From: Mytilus edulis
Lineage: Eukaryota
Length of the DNA: 64,000 nucleotides
Direction: 5' to 3'
Assembly: GCF_963676685.1 (NCBI RefSeq)
Contig: NC_092357.1
Span: 17,050,001 to 17,114,000, forward strand
The position numbers and the translations under genes are program-made. Shown here piece after piece: positions 36,073 to 49,596 of this stretch. How positions within the stretch are numbered: position 1 is the stretch's first letter; every line of letters begins with the position of its first letter. Under the pieces are notes generated by a model. It was not told the DNA's origin, made no database searches, and saw only the letters and a list, made by a program, of their open reading frames with translations.

Positions 36073-39000
36073 GTCTATTCTATAAAATGTATAAACTGTA
36101 TCTTAGCAACGTGAAACTGTTGATACTATAGTTCTGTAACAACCAGACAAAAAAAACAACTAAAACAACTAATGGCAAAAACCACAAATACTACAAAGAC
36201 AATTTTTAAAGAATGGACATCATGAACGATTATTTTGTTTTCATACATGTTTAAAAGACTTCATTGGCACACATCTTAACCCGACAAAAAACTATCAAAT
36301 CAAAGATAACACCGGAATTTCTTATCATTATTTAGTACCAATATAAATCGTTTTTTTCCACTTTTATTAATCTGAATTTAAAAAAAATCAAATCTTGATA
36401 TTTGATTTGGCATCATTGTCCAATTTTCCCCAACTGAAAAAAAACTTGTTAGACTTGAATTGAACATCTACTCCAAAATCAGCATATAATAATAACTTTT
36501 TCCCACGATTGTGTTATTATGAAGTGGTCAAATATAAGATATGCTCATTCATTTTTGCTTATATTCTTTGTCCATATGCCATTTTGTGTTTTTGAATCAG
36601 CTACATGTATTTATTTTATAGTGGTTAAGATTATATTACCAAGTTTACTGATGTTCCCCAAATTTGACGTTTTTATATATTATGTTTGGGTTTTTTTTCA
36701 CACATCGTTGTCAATATAATGGAATTCTATTCGACTGTCTAAGCCAGCTATAATACCAGGATTAATCCAACACTTTCTACATAAGAAAGTGCCTGTACCA
36801 AGTGAAAAATATGACAGTTGTTTCCATTCGATAGATGCGTTTGAGCTTTTGATCTTGTCATTGTATGAAGGACTTTCCGTATGAATTTCCCTTGGAGATC
36901 GGTACTTTTGTTATTTATCGTTTTCTTGATATGGATTATGTTTTTCTGAAATTTGGAAATTGATGTTTTCTGAAATTGTTTTACATTTCAAAGCAGTATA
37001 ATACTAATACTTTAATAATTCATCTTTTTTTTATTTACTTTGTATTTACATTGTTTCATAGATCAAATTCATTCGTTCATTGTGTGCTCATTTGTGTTAC
37101 TAAGTTATTTGATTAAGTAAAGTAAATCCATTCCAATTGAAATTTTAAAGTGTGTCTTTCTATGTTGTTATGTTACACTATTATTTCAGATAAGGGAGAA
37201 GGTTTGGTTCCATTAAAACTTTCAATCCCGCTGCAATTGTTTACACCTTTTGTGTGGCCCTTTATATCTTGCTGTTCGGTCTGAGACAAGGCTCCGTGGT
37301 AATGACCGTACCTTGACTTTAAATGGTTTGCTTTTATAAATTCTGACTTATTTGGAGAGTTGTTTAATTACCACTCATACTACATCTTCATATATCTAAA
37401 AATATAAGTCTTGTCTACAGAATTTTAATAGTATTTTTTTAATTTGGTGGAGGAATTTTTTCTTGTGTTGTGGCTTCATCAACTGGAAGAGGAGTGATTT
37501 CTGGAGTCCTAGAATCTGTTACGCTTACCATCTGGGTATCTATTGATGTTACACCTAAATACACAAACTTTACATTAAAAAAAATTACTTCAATACTGTG
37601 AATACTTGAACAAGGATAATGGTCATGTACATATATAATTCCATTATACTGAAGTGAAATATTCCGGTAAGTCCTTCAATTTCAATGGTTACATAATCAG
37701 GAAATATTAGCCTTTATCCTTGTAAAGAAAAAAAAAATGATAATAAGGGTTTAAATCATGACACATTACGTATATTATAATTGTTATTTGGGCTTCACAG
37801 GGGATATTGGCTTATTATGACTTTAACAAATGATATTGGATATCATTTTTAAGTCCCCTTCTCTTTTAATGAATGTGACCTACCCTATTAGACTATTTAC
37901 CGGGTTTGTAATATTGGTTTATGTTCCGTGTTATTTTGTTGTTTTCTTGTTATTTGTTTGCCTGATTGGTTTCGTGTATAAGTGTTTCAACGTTAACACC
38001 CTTTCACCACGCATATTCCATGTATTCATCTCTGAGTTTTAACATTTACGTATTGTTTCAAAGAATGATATCCGATGTTGTGTGTTTTATGAGATATACA
38101 AGATTTATAAACAGAATGGTCAGTTTCTGATAAAGTTAATGTCCGGATTCTTACAATCTTATCTAAAACAAACTCGATTTTTTCAAGTGCGAACTGATAC
38201 AGTCATGAATTGCACAATGAGCCTGTTATGTCCCATAGGTCTAGTAAGTGCTTATGCGTTAATGTTATATACCACCGATACAAAAATAAAGGAAACAGTA
38301 GTATACCGCTGTTCGAAATTCATAAATCGATAGAGAAAAAAAAATCCGGATTACAAACTAAAACTGAGAGAAAAACACGTGTATTGCAAAAGAAAATCCA
38401 ATCAATGTATTTAAGATAAAGATAAATAATAGAAATGATGAGCTATTACATGATTATACTATAAAGATAAACGTTGTACAGACAATTGATTCAGGATCAA
38501 CAAACCACTATCCGCTAAAGATAATTGATGATTGATTGTTTTAATGCTACACATATATTTTCATATCTCGAGCTCTCGAAACATTTTCTTATTAAATATT
38601 TTTTAATTTTTTTTTTTATTTCAAATAGCTTTCACCACGTTTATATATTCGCTGAACATATTGCCCGCCTACGTTCTCTGGGTTCTCAGTGTGTTGAGGA
38701 CCGAACAGTTGTCTTTGGCTGTTTTAATCTCTTTCACACAGTCGTTTCTCAATTTTATGCAGTGAATACATGTAGGAAGACGCTTATAAATTTGAACCTT
38801 AAAATTCTTAATGTGTTGGTAAATGTATGTCTAAATGAAACCATATTTTATCATAACGCTAAAATATCCTCCAATGTTGTTCCTCACTGAAACAATCAAC
38901 AGAAGAGACGTCCGGACTTTTTTCATGAGTGATATTTCCCTTCTCTTTGGAAAAAAATGTACCATCATGTAAACCTAATGCCGAGGAACCATAATTAAAA

Positions 39001-39719
39001 TGGGATTATCTCTCTTTTAACAGCTAAATTTGAACTGAGAAATAGTTTTAATATAATATAATGATACACAAATTAGAAGATGTGGTATGATTGCCAAACA
39101 GACAATTCTCTGCAAGTGCCGAAGTAACACAGAAAACTATTAGTCGTGGAAAAACCTTAAACAATGCGCAAAACCCATAAAGCAACGTAAGTTATAAAAG
39201 GTTCAAAACTGACAATTGTAAAACAATTTAAACGAGAAAAAATAACGGCCTAACTTATTTTCAAAATAATGAACGAAAATAAATGCGATACACATCAGCA
39301 AACCTCAACAACTGAATTGCATGCTCCTGACTTAAATGTCTCCGAAGTATGTCTGACAGATGCAACACGTAAGTCAAATATAACTATTGTCGAAATCCTG
39401 TTCTTTTCTATTGTGTCTTGTTTTGTTTAATTATATTTATGTTTAAAGAAACATAATTACATTTTGTAGTATATCAAATAATTTCTTTTTCAGCATATAT
39501 GTCATTTTATAATTTACCTTCAGCCAAAGGTACCTGTAACGAAAATACATATGAAGTTATAATGCTACAAAAATGTTGTCTCTTCAGTCATTTAGTAATA
39601 GTAAGAAATTATATGCCTGGTATCTTTGATCCTTTAAATAATTTGCATCAAACGAATGATCATACACGAATCTACAGGAAAATCTTAGATTTGTATAGCA
39701 TTCATTATAAAGTTTACAT

Positions 39720-40497
39720 TTGATAAAATTTACTGTTTGCAATAGCATAAATTGTTCTATATAATAAGGATGTTCTTATCACAAGCAAAAAACCCTAGCC
39801 GTATTTGGCACAACCTTTTTCAACTTTTGGCCCTCAGAGCTGTGCTACTTTGTACCTTTTTCTTGACTTTCGAACTTTTATATCTGGGCGTCACTGGTGA
39901 GTCTTGTTTGGACGAGGCGCGTATTTTGACGTAATGAATTTTAAACCTGATGCCTTTTGTTATCTATTATTCATGTGTTTCTTTGCCAAATACGTTCTGC
40001 TTTTTATTTGTATTGTAGTCCTGTATTATTATGTTGTCATTTTAATGTTATATTTAACAATGCCATCAAAGTGCGAGGTTTGGCATGCCACATAACCAGG
40101 TTCAACCCACCATTTTTTCCTTTAAAAATGTCCTGTACCAAGTCAGGAATATGGCCATTGTTATATTATAGTTCGTTTCTGTGTGTGTTACAATTTAATG
40201 TTGCGTCGTTTGTTTTCTCTTATTTTTGAGTGTAAATTGACATTGCGATAAGACGTGTCACGGTACTTGTCTATCCCAAATTCATGTATTTGGTTTTAAT
40301 GTTATATTTGTTATTCTCGTGGGATTTTGTCTGATGCTTGGTCCGTTTCTGTGTGTGTTAGTTACATTGTAGTGTTGTATCGTTGTTCTCCTCTTATATT
40401 TATGCGTTTCCCTTAGTTTTAGTTTGTTACCCCGATTTTGTTTTTTGTCCAATGATTTATGAGTTTGAACAGTGTATACTACTGTTGCCTTTATTTA
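39720..40497 (+). repeat. Composite interspersed repeat: degenerate hammerhead segment followed by a CCTGTACCAAGTCAGGA-core SINE-like repeat
   Basis: Shares sequence with 6689-6880 (-), 38285-38380 (-), 17420-17620 and 51220-51525 (-). Confidence 0.7.
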
Positions 40498-40978
40498 CAT
40501 TAGCAAACAATTTTAATTTCTTTGGGCAGCATTACTTTACACAAAAAGTGTAATTTAAACCACTGTCAACAAACAATCACATACAAAAATGATATAGGAC
40601 CTCTGGCAATTGCAGCGATTGCTTGCTTACACATTTGATGAACCGGCGAGCACCTATTGGAATTTATTGCAATTTTAATTATACTAAATTGAATAATATT
40701 TACCATTAAGGGCATCATCGTTTGTGGTATCGTTCCCGGTGTCGTTCGTGGTGCATTAAGGGATTGCAGGAATAGATTCGTCATACCTCTCTGCGATACA
40801 ATTGGCATCAACCAAATAATCAACACTGCTAACAAAAATAACTTTCTTGAATTGTATTGAAAAAAATAATTATCGGTCGAAACACACACGAGTATAAGAC
40901 CATTAAATATATATATACACTATCATTGAATTCTACTAAATAAACTCATCAAAGATACCAGGACTAAATTTTATATAT

Positions 40979-41022
40979 ACGCCAGACGCGCGTTTCGTCT
41001 ACAAAAGACTCATCAGTGACGC
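40979..41022 (-). ncRNA. Intact minimal type I hammerhead ribozyme (Penelope/retrozyme-type)
   Basis: Reverse complement is GCGTCA CTGATGA GTC-TTTTGTA-GAC GAAAC GCGC GTC|TGGCGT: full CUGANGA and GAAA core, stems I-III, GUC cleavage triplet, palindromic stem III. Confidence 0.8.
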
Positions 41023-43799
41023 TCGAATCCAAAAAAGTTAAAAATGCCAAATAAAGTACGAAGTTGAAGAGCATTGAGTTCCAAAATTTCTAAAAGTGTT
41101 GCCAAATACAGCTAAGGTAATCTAAGCCTGAGGTAGAAAAGCCTTAGTATTTCAAAAAATTCAAAATTTTGTAAACAGTTAATTATATAAATAAAAATGA
41201 TCTATTAATTTTTCTGAACGTTCTTGTGTATCGTCTAACGTCTACCTCTGCGTTGTCGCTCGGTATGACTAAAACCCTCTACGCGAATACCTAACTAATA
41301 TATATATTTAAAAGAAATGCATTGTTTTTTTTCTCTCTTAATTTTCTTTTAATAAAACTTAAGACCAATGTTTTTAATTAAATCGAAATAGAGAGGCGGG
41401 TTATCCTATTCTGAACAAAGAGGTACATTCTTCAAAAAATATTTGAGTACAGACAAGGAAATATCTTTGCCTTTTTTTCATACCTGTTCATCAAACAGTT
41501 GCATGAACTGAAAAAAAAATCAATAGCCCCTCTACGGTCTGTTTTGTTTTCTTTTTGTTAATGAAATCATCGAATGCAACTTTGCATACACAAACTTGGT
41601 GTAATGAGTATGTGCTTGTTTTTGTTTGTATGAGTACAGGTTGGTGAGCTATATTTATGTGTTACGGCTATTGCTCTCTGTAAGAGACAACTTTTTGTAC
41701 TGCTCCTGACACACCCTCCGAATTACGGTATCAGTACTTTACTTTTGTTGAAAATTTTGGTCTTTAAATACTGTGGATTATTGTATGATACCAATAATCG
41801 TGTTTTTCCCTGACTACGAGTGATATACGACTTAAATTTTCCACGAAGTAAAAAGAAAATAAAGACTGTATGCAGATTTTGACGAAGCCACGAAATCAGA
41901 AATATACAAAAATACAATCTTACAGTATCTACGAAAATAGGTTCCAACAAATATAAATGGATATAAATTATACAATTCATTCTACTCGTGTTGTCTAATA
42001 TAAATATTGTTTTGTGAAGACGCTTTGTTTCAATAGTCGCATAATTTACATGACTCTTTATGTTTGACTTTTTTAAGTGCTTTACCTTTGATATAATAGT
42101 AACCTATGCATGATCTTTTATTGGCCATCATGTTGATATGTTTACCTATTATGTCTGTTTATTTTGTTCATACACCGTTGTCAATACAATGGACTTGTAT
42201 GCGACTGTCATACAAGTGAGAGGTTTACCTATTAAGCCAGGTTTAATCCACCGTTTTCTACATAAGAATATGCATGTACCAAGTCAGGAATATGAGAGTT
42301 GTTATTCATTTAATTGATGTTTTAGTGCTTTTAATTTTGCCATTTGTTTAAACTTGTTTAAACTTGTTTCTCGGAGTACGGCAATTTTGTTTTGTTTTAT
42401 TATATTTTGTCAGTATGAATATATGCATTACTTTTATATTTCAAATACAACTTTCTGATTTGTATGGTTTGTTGGTATTTATAAAAAGAACAGCACTAAT
42501 GATCAATAATAAACTTACACCAGATTATAGCTGGATAGACAGAGCGAAATGGTAAATCTGTTTTCTCATTTTCCAAAATTAATATATAGGTTGGTTGTTC
42601 ATTTTCTCCCGACATATTACATGTATTAGGAAATTAATATGCCTCGTCTGAAAATTAAAAAGAACTGACAGAGTTGACATTGTTTCATCTCTTTTAAGAT
42701 GCACAATATTTTTTTGAAGTTGCATAAGTTTCAGCTTTTATATTACAAATTGCTGAAAATAGTTAAGACGTAAATGGTTTGTTTGAATATAATTACCAGA
42801 GAAAGAAAAACGAAGAAGGGGTTTCCTCAAACAATACCTTTGTAATCAAAAGATGAAATCAGAAAAATATATTCAATATTTTACTTACCACTAGATGTAA
42901 TTAGTCATTATACATTAATCTGACAATATCTGGATATATTTGTAAATATTTCTACAAATAATAAAAGTAGTCATGATTGGTTTGTAAATATTCTTCCTCA
43001 GGGTGTATACCACAGAATATGATAACATGTATTTGTACTACTATAAATAATGTTGTCAAGGAAAACAACATTGATAAATATGTAAATAAAGTTTTCATAG
43101 ATTACTACGTTCGGTAAAAACTTATGATATACTACTATGATAACATAAGCAGAGTGGTCAGTGTTATGATTTTGAAATGATTTATGTCGTACCCTTCATG
43201 TTTTCACAATTAAATATAAAGCAAATTATATTACAAAAAAAACTTCTGTTCGAACTCACGCAGGTAACGTTCATTTCAATGGATTCAGCTATTTATTTAA
43301 ATATAAAATATATAAACAAAAATTAACAAAAAAAAAATATGTAATACTTAAACAAACGACAACCACTGAATTACAGGCTCTTGACTTGGAACAGGCACAT
43401 AACCCATTTTTGACTAATAGTTCCTCAAGTTGATTGTAAATATTTTTTACTCTCAACTTTTTATGTTTAAAGTGCACTGACCCAGTCAGTCAATTAACCG
43501 TTTGTTTCGTATCTAAATTTGATATAACCGGGTTTATTATCATTTTGACTGTTTTACTCAACTGTACATTCCTAAATTGAATACTACGGAAAGGTTATTT
43601 AGAGGAAACAACATTTCTACGAACAAACTCATCAAGGATACAAGGATTGAAATTGTGAACGCTTTGTGTTTACAAAAGACTCATTAGTGACAAAAACAAA
43701 TAATAAATCATCATTCATGTCAGCACAGAAGCATTAATTATAATAAATTATTGCAACTTCTGTCCAGCCAATTCATAGTTCTAAATCGTTACAAGATAC

Positions 43800-44005
43800 A
43801 GTATGTTCACCTTACCACTTGCGTTTGAACTCAAATATCCCAACTGTCAATGAATATATCCTTAACGTTCTAACTGTCAACTTCCCATTTGTTAGCAGTA
43901 AATTATTCTCTGTTTCGTCGTTATATGATTTCACATCTCAGTTACTGCATTACTCTTGTGCATCTTCACATTTGACAGTCTTCATAAACAGGAATGTGTA
44001 TTAAA
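43800..44005 (+). mobile_element. Old Penelope-like RT C-terminal fragment
   Basis: TVNFPFVSSK..TSQLLHYSCAS aligns with [17 protein letters not shown] of the 12.2-kb copy. Confidence 0.5.
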
Positions 44006-45849
44006 TTTCAATCATAGTACTTATGACGAGTTTCCTTACATAAGAATATGACTGTAAATTTTCCTATAGTAAGAATTATTCTTCGTCAAAATTATCTCCC
44101 AATTAAGCCAGCTTATTTTTACAAGCGTACAAATGGAAGCCACTGTCCCGCGTCAAAATTACATCTTGAAAATCTATAAAAGCATCTACATAACTCCATA
44201 ACGATTCTTTAATTTAAATTGTATTTTAAAAGAAATGTGTATCTAATAGCTATTAAACATCATTTAATGTACTGTTCTATTCTACATTTAATCAATTTAG
44301 AACTATTTCCTGGTCGGTTTAATGTTCATATAATTTAAAAAAAAAATCTAATTAAACATTTCGTGGAAGAGCAGACAAAAAAAATTCAGGAGTTGAAAAC
44401 CAATAACCCTAGATAACACACACACACAAAAAAAGTTATTTAAGTAATGCATTTTCCAAATCCATTTGTAAGATCTGTTGTCAAGTACTATAAGTACAAA
44501 ATTTGCTTTCGAACACACCTACTCTGGTTTTTTTTTAAATCATTAGAAAGGTATTTCACTTGATCAATTTATTCAAATTATTAGAACTGTGAATTTTTAA
44601 TGTTATTAAATCAACATGTAGCCTTAAAAGATGTAAAAGATACAACAAAAAAAAAATGGAAGCAAGACGAAGTATCAAATGTATCTGCTTTATAAATATT
44701 TGTTGCTATTTTTGTCGGCGGATTTAAGATTATGCACAAAAATGACCCACTTGTATTTGAACCTACCAACATGTCTACAATTTAGTTTAAAATCTTGCAA
44801 AAATAACACAGTTATAATTTGTATACCTATATATAGGCTAAATATTCATTGAACGATATACAAAACCGAAGGGGAAAGAATGAATAACACCAAGAAACAG
44901 AAACGTCACTGAAGGCTCTCAAATGATAATTATTTACCAACACCATCCACAAAACATTATACACAATCAAATCAAATTGAACTTGCAAGTAAGAGTTAGC
45001 AAGCAGGTTGAATCCACAATGTTCTATATAAGAAAATGCATTTGCAAAGTCAGGAAAATAACATTTGTTTTCCATTCGTTTTATTTCTTTGAGGTTTCGA
45101 TTATGACGTTTTTTATGAAACTTTCCGTTTTTAATTTTCCTTGGAGTTTTTTTGTTTGTTTGGGTTTTTTTTTGTTGTTATTTTACTTTTTATATTAAAA
45201 ATATATCAAAAATTTAAAATAATACAATTGAGTTACAGTTTGCAATTCAAATATTATTAAGTGTTGCATTTAGTTAGTAAAATATACGCAACCTTAACAG
45301 AAAAATTAAGAACTTTAAGACTTTTTATCATCATATCGTGTGAGAACTACTTTTTTTTACATTACGATAACTTTAAAATCTAGCTGCGGAACCGTAGCTC
45401 TTAGGTCCTTATGTTATTTTTTGACTATTTGCGGATGGTGCGCAAATAATAAAAAAAAATAACTTAAAAACCAAAGATCAACGGTTCTGCAGCTATTTGA
45501 AATCATGATCATTCCTTAAATTCGAAAATGTATATACACATTCTACTATATCTTTCATAAATGGTTTTTAAATGACAGGTTTTAATTTTATAAGAACTAG
45601 GTTAACTGTTATTATTGGTTTCATATTCCAAGATTGAGGTTACAATTATTAATAACATTAAAATGATTAAGTGCAAAGGGAAAACGTGACTAATTTTTCA
45701 ATTAAAACATTCAGTGCAAAATAATAAAAGTTTGAATTGTTTATTGTTTTTTACATCAACAATGAAAAAAGAGGAAATACTGCATTCAATAAATTTATAA
45801 AAGGAAATATTTCAATAAAATAGAAAAGGAAACATTTTTTATCACAGTC

Positions 45850-45972
45850 GGCCTGAAGTTAATATAATTCAGAATAGTTCAATCGCTCCTTCTAGTCTAG
45901 TTATACGACGTAAGATAAATAGATGATACATCGTATTACATTATCTAAAGTTGAGGATCTGGTCAATCGAAG
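45850..45972 (+). promoter_or_regulatory. Core promoter / non-coding first exon of TLR copy A
   Basis: Homologous to 56842-56944 (-) upstream of copy B; shared caatc(g/a)aag|gtaaa donor; acceptor tttcag at 47414-47419. Confidence 0.6.
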
Positions 45973-47445
45973 GTAAAAACTTATTTGATGGCATATTTTA
46001 TGATGTAATGATTGCTGTTTTAATTGTTTGATATTATCCTTCTTATATAAATTCATGTATTTTAAGAAATAAAGTACTAATCTATCCTTTACATTTAAGG
46101 AATTATAAAATAATTGTCTTTACATGCAACACCATGTATTGGATTGTATGATTTATTTCTTTAAATTAATCAATTTACTCAACCGTTTTATGAATGCCAA
46201 ATAAGGAAATTTGCAATTATTATTAAATCGTTTTAATCAAAACTTGTATATGTTTTGGAGTTTAGTATAACTTTCATTTTCACTGAACTGTTGCACATTT
46301 GTTAGGGGCCTGCTGAGGCCCACCTCCAGATGCTGGATTTTCGCGCTGCGTTTAAGACCCATTTTTGACCTTCGGCTGTCGTCTACTGTTTGGTCTTGTT
46401 GCTGTCTCCTTGACATATTTGCCATTTCCATTCTCAATTTAAGTGTAACATGCTATTGTTTCATTTTCATGAAATGCATGTATCAGATTGCTTAATGATG
46501 AATATAGAATTTTGAATTTGTTTTATAAATGAGAAGCTGATATTTTGGGCCTTTATAATATCAGTCACACTCTTTTCATGAACTTGTAAGAGTTTAGGAA
46601 TTGTATATTTAGATATTACTATACATCATGTCAAAATGACATATTTTGATTGGTTGATCCAAGGGGGACAATTTATTTGTCTCATGGAGAGAAAAGAAGT
46701 AAAATCACAAAACTGCTAAACTTCGGGGAGAACCCAGATTGGAAAGTCATCTATCGAACGGCAAAAACACACCAAATAACCGCTACACTCCCAACCTGGA
46801 ATAGACACCCTCCCATGTAGAAAATGTGATAATAGAACATTCAGTATAATGATTTAAATAACCAGTTCTAGGGGCGGTTATAGAGCACATCGTTTTCTCT
46901 CCGAAAGTCTTTGTCAAACTGTGCTGTACCTCAGTTGACAATGTGTTTTTTTTTTTTCTGAATTACTATCTGCTCTATCACCTTCTCATCTATGTGTTAT
47001 CTATTTATTACCTCTTTACAGGAACCCTTAAACCTTTAAAATTAAAGAACAAACTGTAAACATTCTAAATTGTCCTGTTTTGAGATCAGTTAGCGTTAAC
47101 CATAAGATAAACACAGCACTTATACTCGTACCAATTATCTTAACTTCTGCATATGGATACTGTTAAATACCAGACACCAATTATACTATGAAGGTTTTTG
47201 TGTGGTAGTTAATCTGCTTTCATTGCGCATAACAGCATACATGTTTGTCTTCCAACTCGAAGCATACATCTGGGTATAGTCATCGTACATGATACATTTG
47301 ATACAGCATGTACAACATCTTGTGTTCAAATTTGTTTTTCATTTAAAAAAATTATATCATTATCACTTTTGATTATAACTTTTATTATGTTAAATATAAT
47401 TTTTATGTTATATTTTCAGATCCATTGCTGTTTAAATATCGAATT

Positions 47446-49596
47446 ATGAAGATATTCAAATTACACAAGGTCGCAGTCTATTTCATTTACTGCATCTTGA
47501 TTGTATATACAACGAAACTTACAGAGAATACATGTATATTTGATCCGCGATGTAAATGTTTCAACTCAAATCTGAGTGTTTCTTGTATTAATAAAAACAT
47601 CACTGGTAACAACATCCCTCATTTATCAAAAAATGTACAAAATATTTCACTTTGTTTTAATTTGATTGAAATAATTCCGCGAACAACATTCAATCATATG
47701 AGAAATTTATCTGAGTTAGATTTATCTTCTAATAGACTTATATATATAGAAGAAAGAACTTTTGATGGTTTATCAAGACTGCAAACTTTATCTATAAAAG
47801 GGAATTATTTGAACTACAGTTTCGCAATACCAAATAAAATTTTCAATCCACTAGTTTCGTTAAAACGTTTGAATGTAGCGTACTCTTATTTGCTCGAACA
47901 AAGTGACCAATTTCCAACTTTTCCAAGCGAATTACTATCATCTCTAGTTCTATTAGAGAGAATAGAAGTAGATGCAATACATCCAGATGTAATTGAATTG
48001 TTTAAATTTCCTGACATATATAGATCTTTAACGCATCTTAACCGTTTGAACTTAGGTATTTGTTGTTTGCCTTTAGTTAACCACTTTACGTTTTTCAATC
48101 TCCCCAATCTCGAGTATTTAGACATGCATAACTGTCGGACGCAAAGATATGAAAGTTCGACCTTGCGAAATATGAAAAAGCTGAAATACCTAGACATTTC
48201 ACAAAATAATCTAACTTTTGAGTGCCTACGGAATTTAATGACTGATTTGTTTATGACCGAAAGACTGCAGATTCTGAAAATGACGAATTCCTTTCCCTCT
48301 CTTTATATATTTTTGCCACAATATTTTGCTTATTTTTTAAAAATAACAAAAATAATGGAAATTTATGTAAATAATAACAGTTTTGTAGAAGCTATTGGTA
48401 ACGATAACTATTTCATGTTGCCTCCTACATTGAAATTGTGCGATTTTTCGAATAACAAACTTTCGAAGTTCTATTTCGGAATGCCTAACTTGTTGATATT
48501 AATCTTACGGAATAACAGACTAGGTGAATATCTTTCATCGGAAAGATATACTAACTCTACTAAGATTGAACTGACAAAAGTTGATTTATCCTTAAATTTT
48601 ATTCAGGATTTATCATTTGACACATTTCACGGACATGTTCATGCAGTAAAAATAAATCTGAGTCACAACCAGTTAACTGATATTACTTTCGATCTTTCTC
48701 ATCTCGTCAGTTTAAAAAGATTGGATTTATCATATAACAACATCAGTGGAATATCGTCACAAACATCTATGAATACTTTACACAAACTCTTCAAAACATC
48801 CAAGTTGGAAATTGATCTTTCAAATAACTTATTAAAATGTAACTGTCAAAACCTGAAGTTCTTACAATGGATGGACGCAAATTTAAATTTTCTCATAAAC
48901 ACAGATAAATACACTTGCCGGTTTGATAATAATAATATAGTTCAATTGATAAATGTAAATACAATTGTAAAACAACTTGAAAAGGAATGCAGCTCGAATA
49001 TGACGTTAACTATTTGCATAGCAGTGGGGATAATTACAGCTTTAATTATCCTTTTTGCTGGATTGCTGTTCAGATTTCGATGGAGGCTAAGGTATTTGTA
49101 TTATATGACGAGACATAAATACAATGTTTTCAAAAGTATTCAATCTAGCACTACTTACAAATACGATGCGTTCATATCATATGCAACTGACGAAACCGAT
49201 TTCATTGTGAACGAAGTTATACCAAACTTGGAACGTGATGGAAGTATGAAACTCTGTGTAAATCAGCGGAACTTTGTTCCTGGAGAAGACATTACACAAA
49301 ATATTACCAACGGAATTCACCAAAGTAGGAGAACAATATGCATATTAACGCAATCGTTTCTTGATTCGTATTATTGTATGTTTGAATTTAACATGGCAAG
49401 AATGGAGAGTATATATTCCAGAGATGGTCAAAACATTCTCTTTCTGGTCTTTTATGAACAACTGCGTCCAAAAGATCTGCCATTAGTCATTCTTGAGTTG
49501 GTTCAGAATCAATCGTACATCGAGTATCCAAATGATGAACAAGGGAATGATGTTTTCTGGGCGAAAATGAAAGAAACTTTAGTTCAATGTAGATAG
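47446..49596 (+). CDS. Toll-like receptor (single cysteine cluster type), 716 aa, intronless CDS
   Basis: Signal peptide, LRRNT CIFDPRCKC, LRRs, LRRCT NLLKCNC..W..YTC, TM helix, TIR domain (YDAFISY, LCVNQRNFVPG, YCMFE, FW). First ATG at 47446 aligns with the ATG of the paralog. Confidence 0.95.
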   Translation: MKIFKLHKVAVYFIYCILIVYTTKLTENTCIFDPRCKCFNSNLSVSCINKNITGNNIPHLSKNVQNISLCFNLIEIIPRTTFNHMRNLSELDLSSNRLIYIEERTFDGLSRLQTLSIKGNYLNYSFAIPNKIFNPLVSLKRLNVAYSYLLEQSDQFPTFPSELLSSLVLLERIEVDAIHPDVIELFKFPDIYRSLTHLNRLNLGICCLPLVNHFTFFNLPNLEYLDMHNCRTQRYESSTLRNMKKLKYLDISQNNLTFECLRNLMTDLFMTERLQILKMTNSFPSLYIFLPQYFAYFLKITKIMEIYVNNNSFVEAIGNDNYFMLPPTLKLCDFSNNKLSKFYFGMPNLLILILRNNRLGEYLSSERYTNSTKIELTKVDLSLNFIQDLSFDTFHGHVHAVKINLSHNQLTDITFDLSHLVSLKRLDLSYNNISGISSQTSMNTLHKLFKTSKLEIDLSNNLLKCNCQNLKFLQWMDANLNFLINTDKYTCRFDNNNIVQLINVNTIVKQLEKECSSNMTLTICIAVGIITALIILFAGLLFRFRWRLRYLYYMTRHKYNVFKSIQSSTTYKYDAFISYATDETDFIVNEVIPNLERDGSMKLCVNQRNFVPGEDITQNITNGIHQSRRTICILTQSFLDSYYCMFEFNMARMESIYSRDGQNILFLVFYEQLRPKDLPLVILELVQNQSYIEYPNDEQGNDVFWAKMKETLVQCR

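Noticed and set aside
47425-47445. TTG start given by the ORF track for TLR copy A
   Set aside because: It lies just after a splice acceptor; the ATG at 47446 matches the paralog start and precedes the signal peptide.
47886-48197. Antisense ORFs within the TLRs (also 53945-54229 and 55374-55583)
   Set aside because: Shadow frames of the real coding strand.
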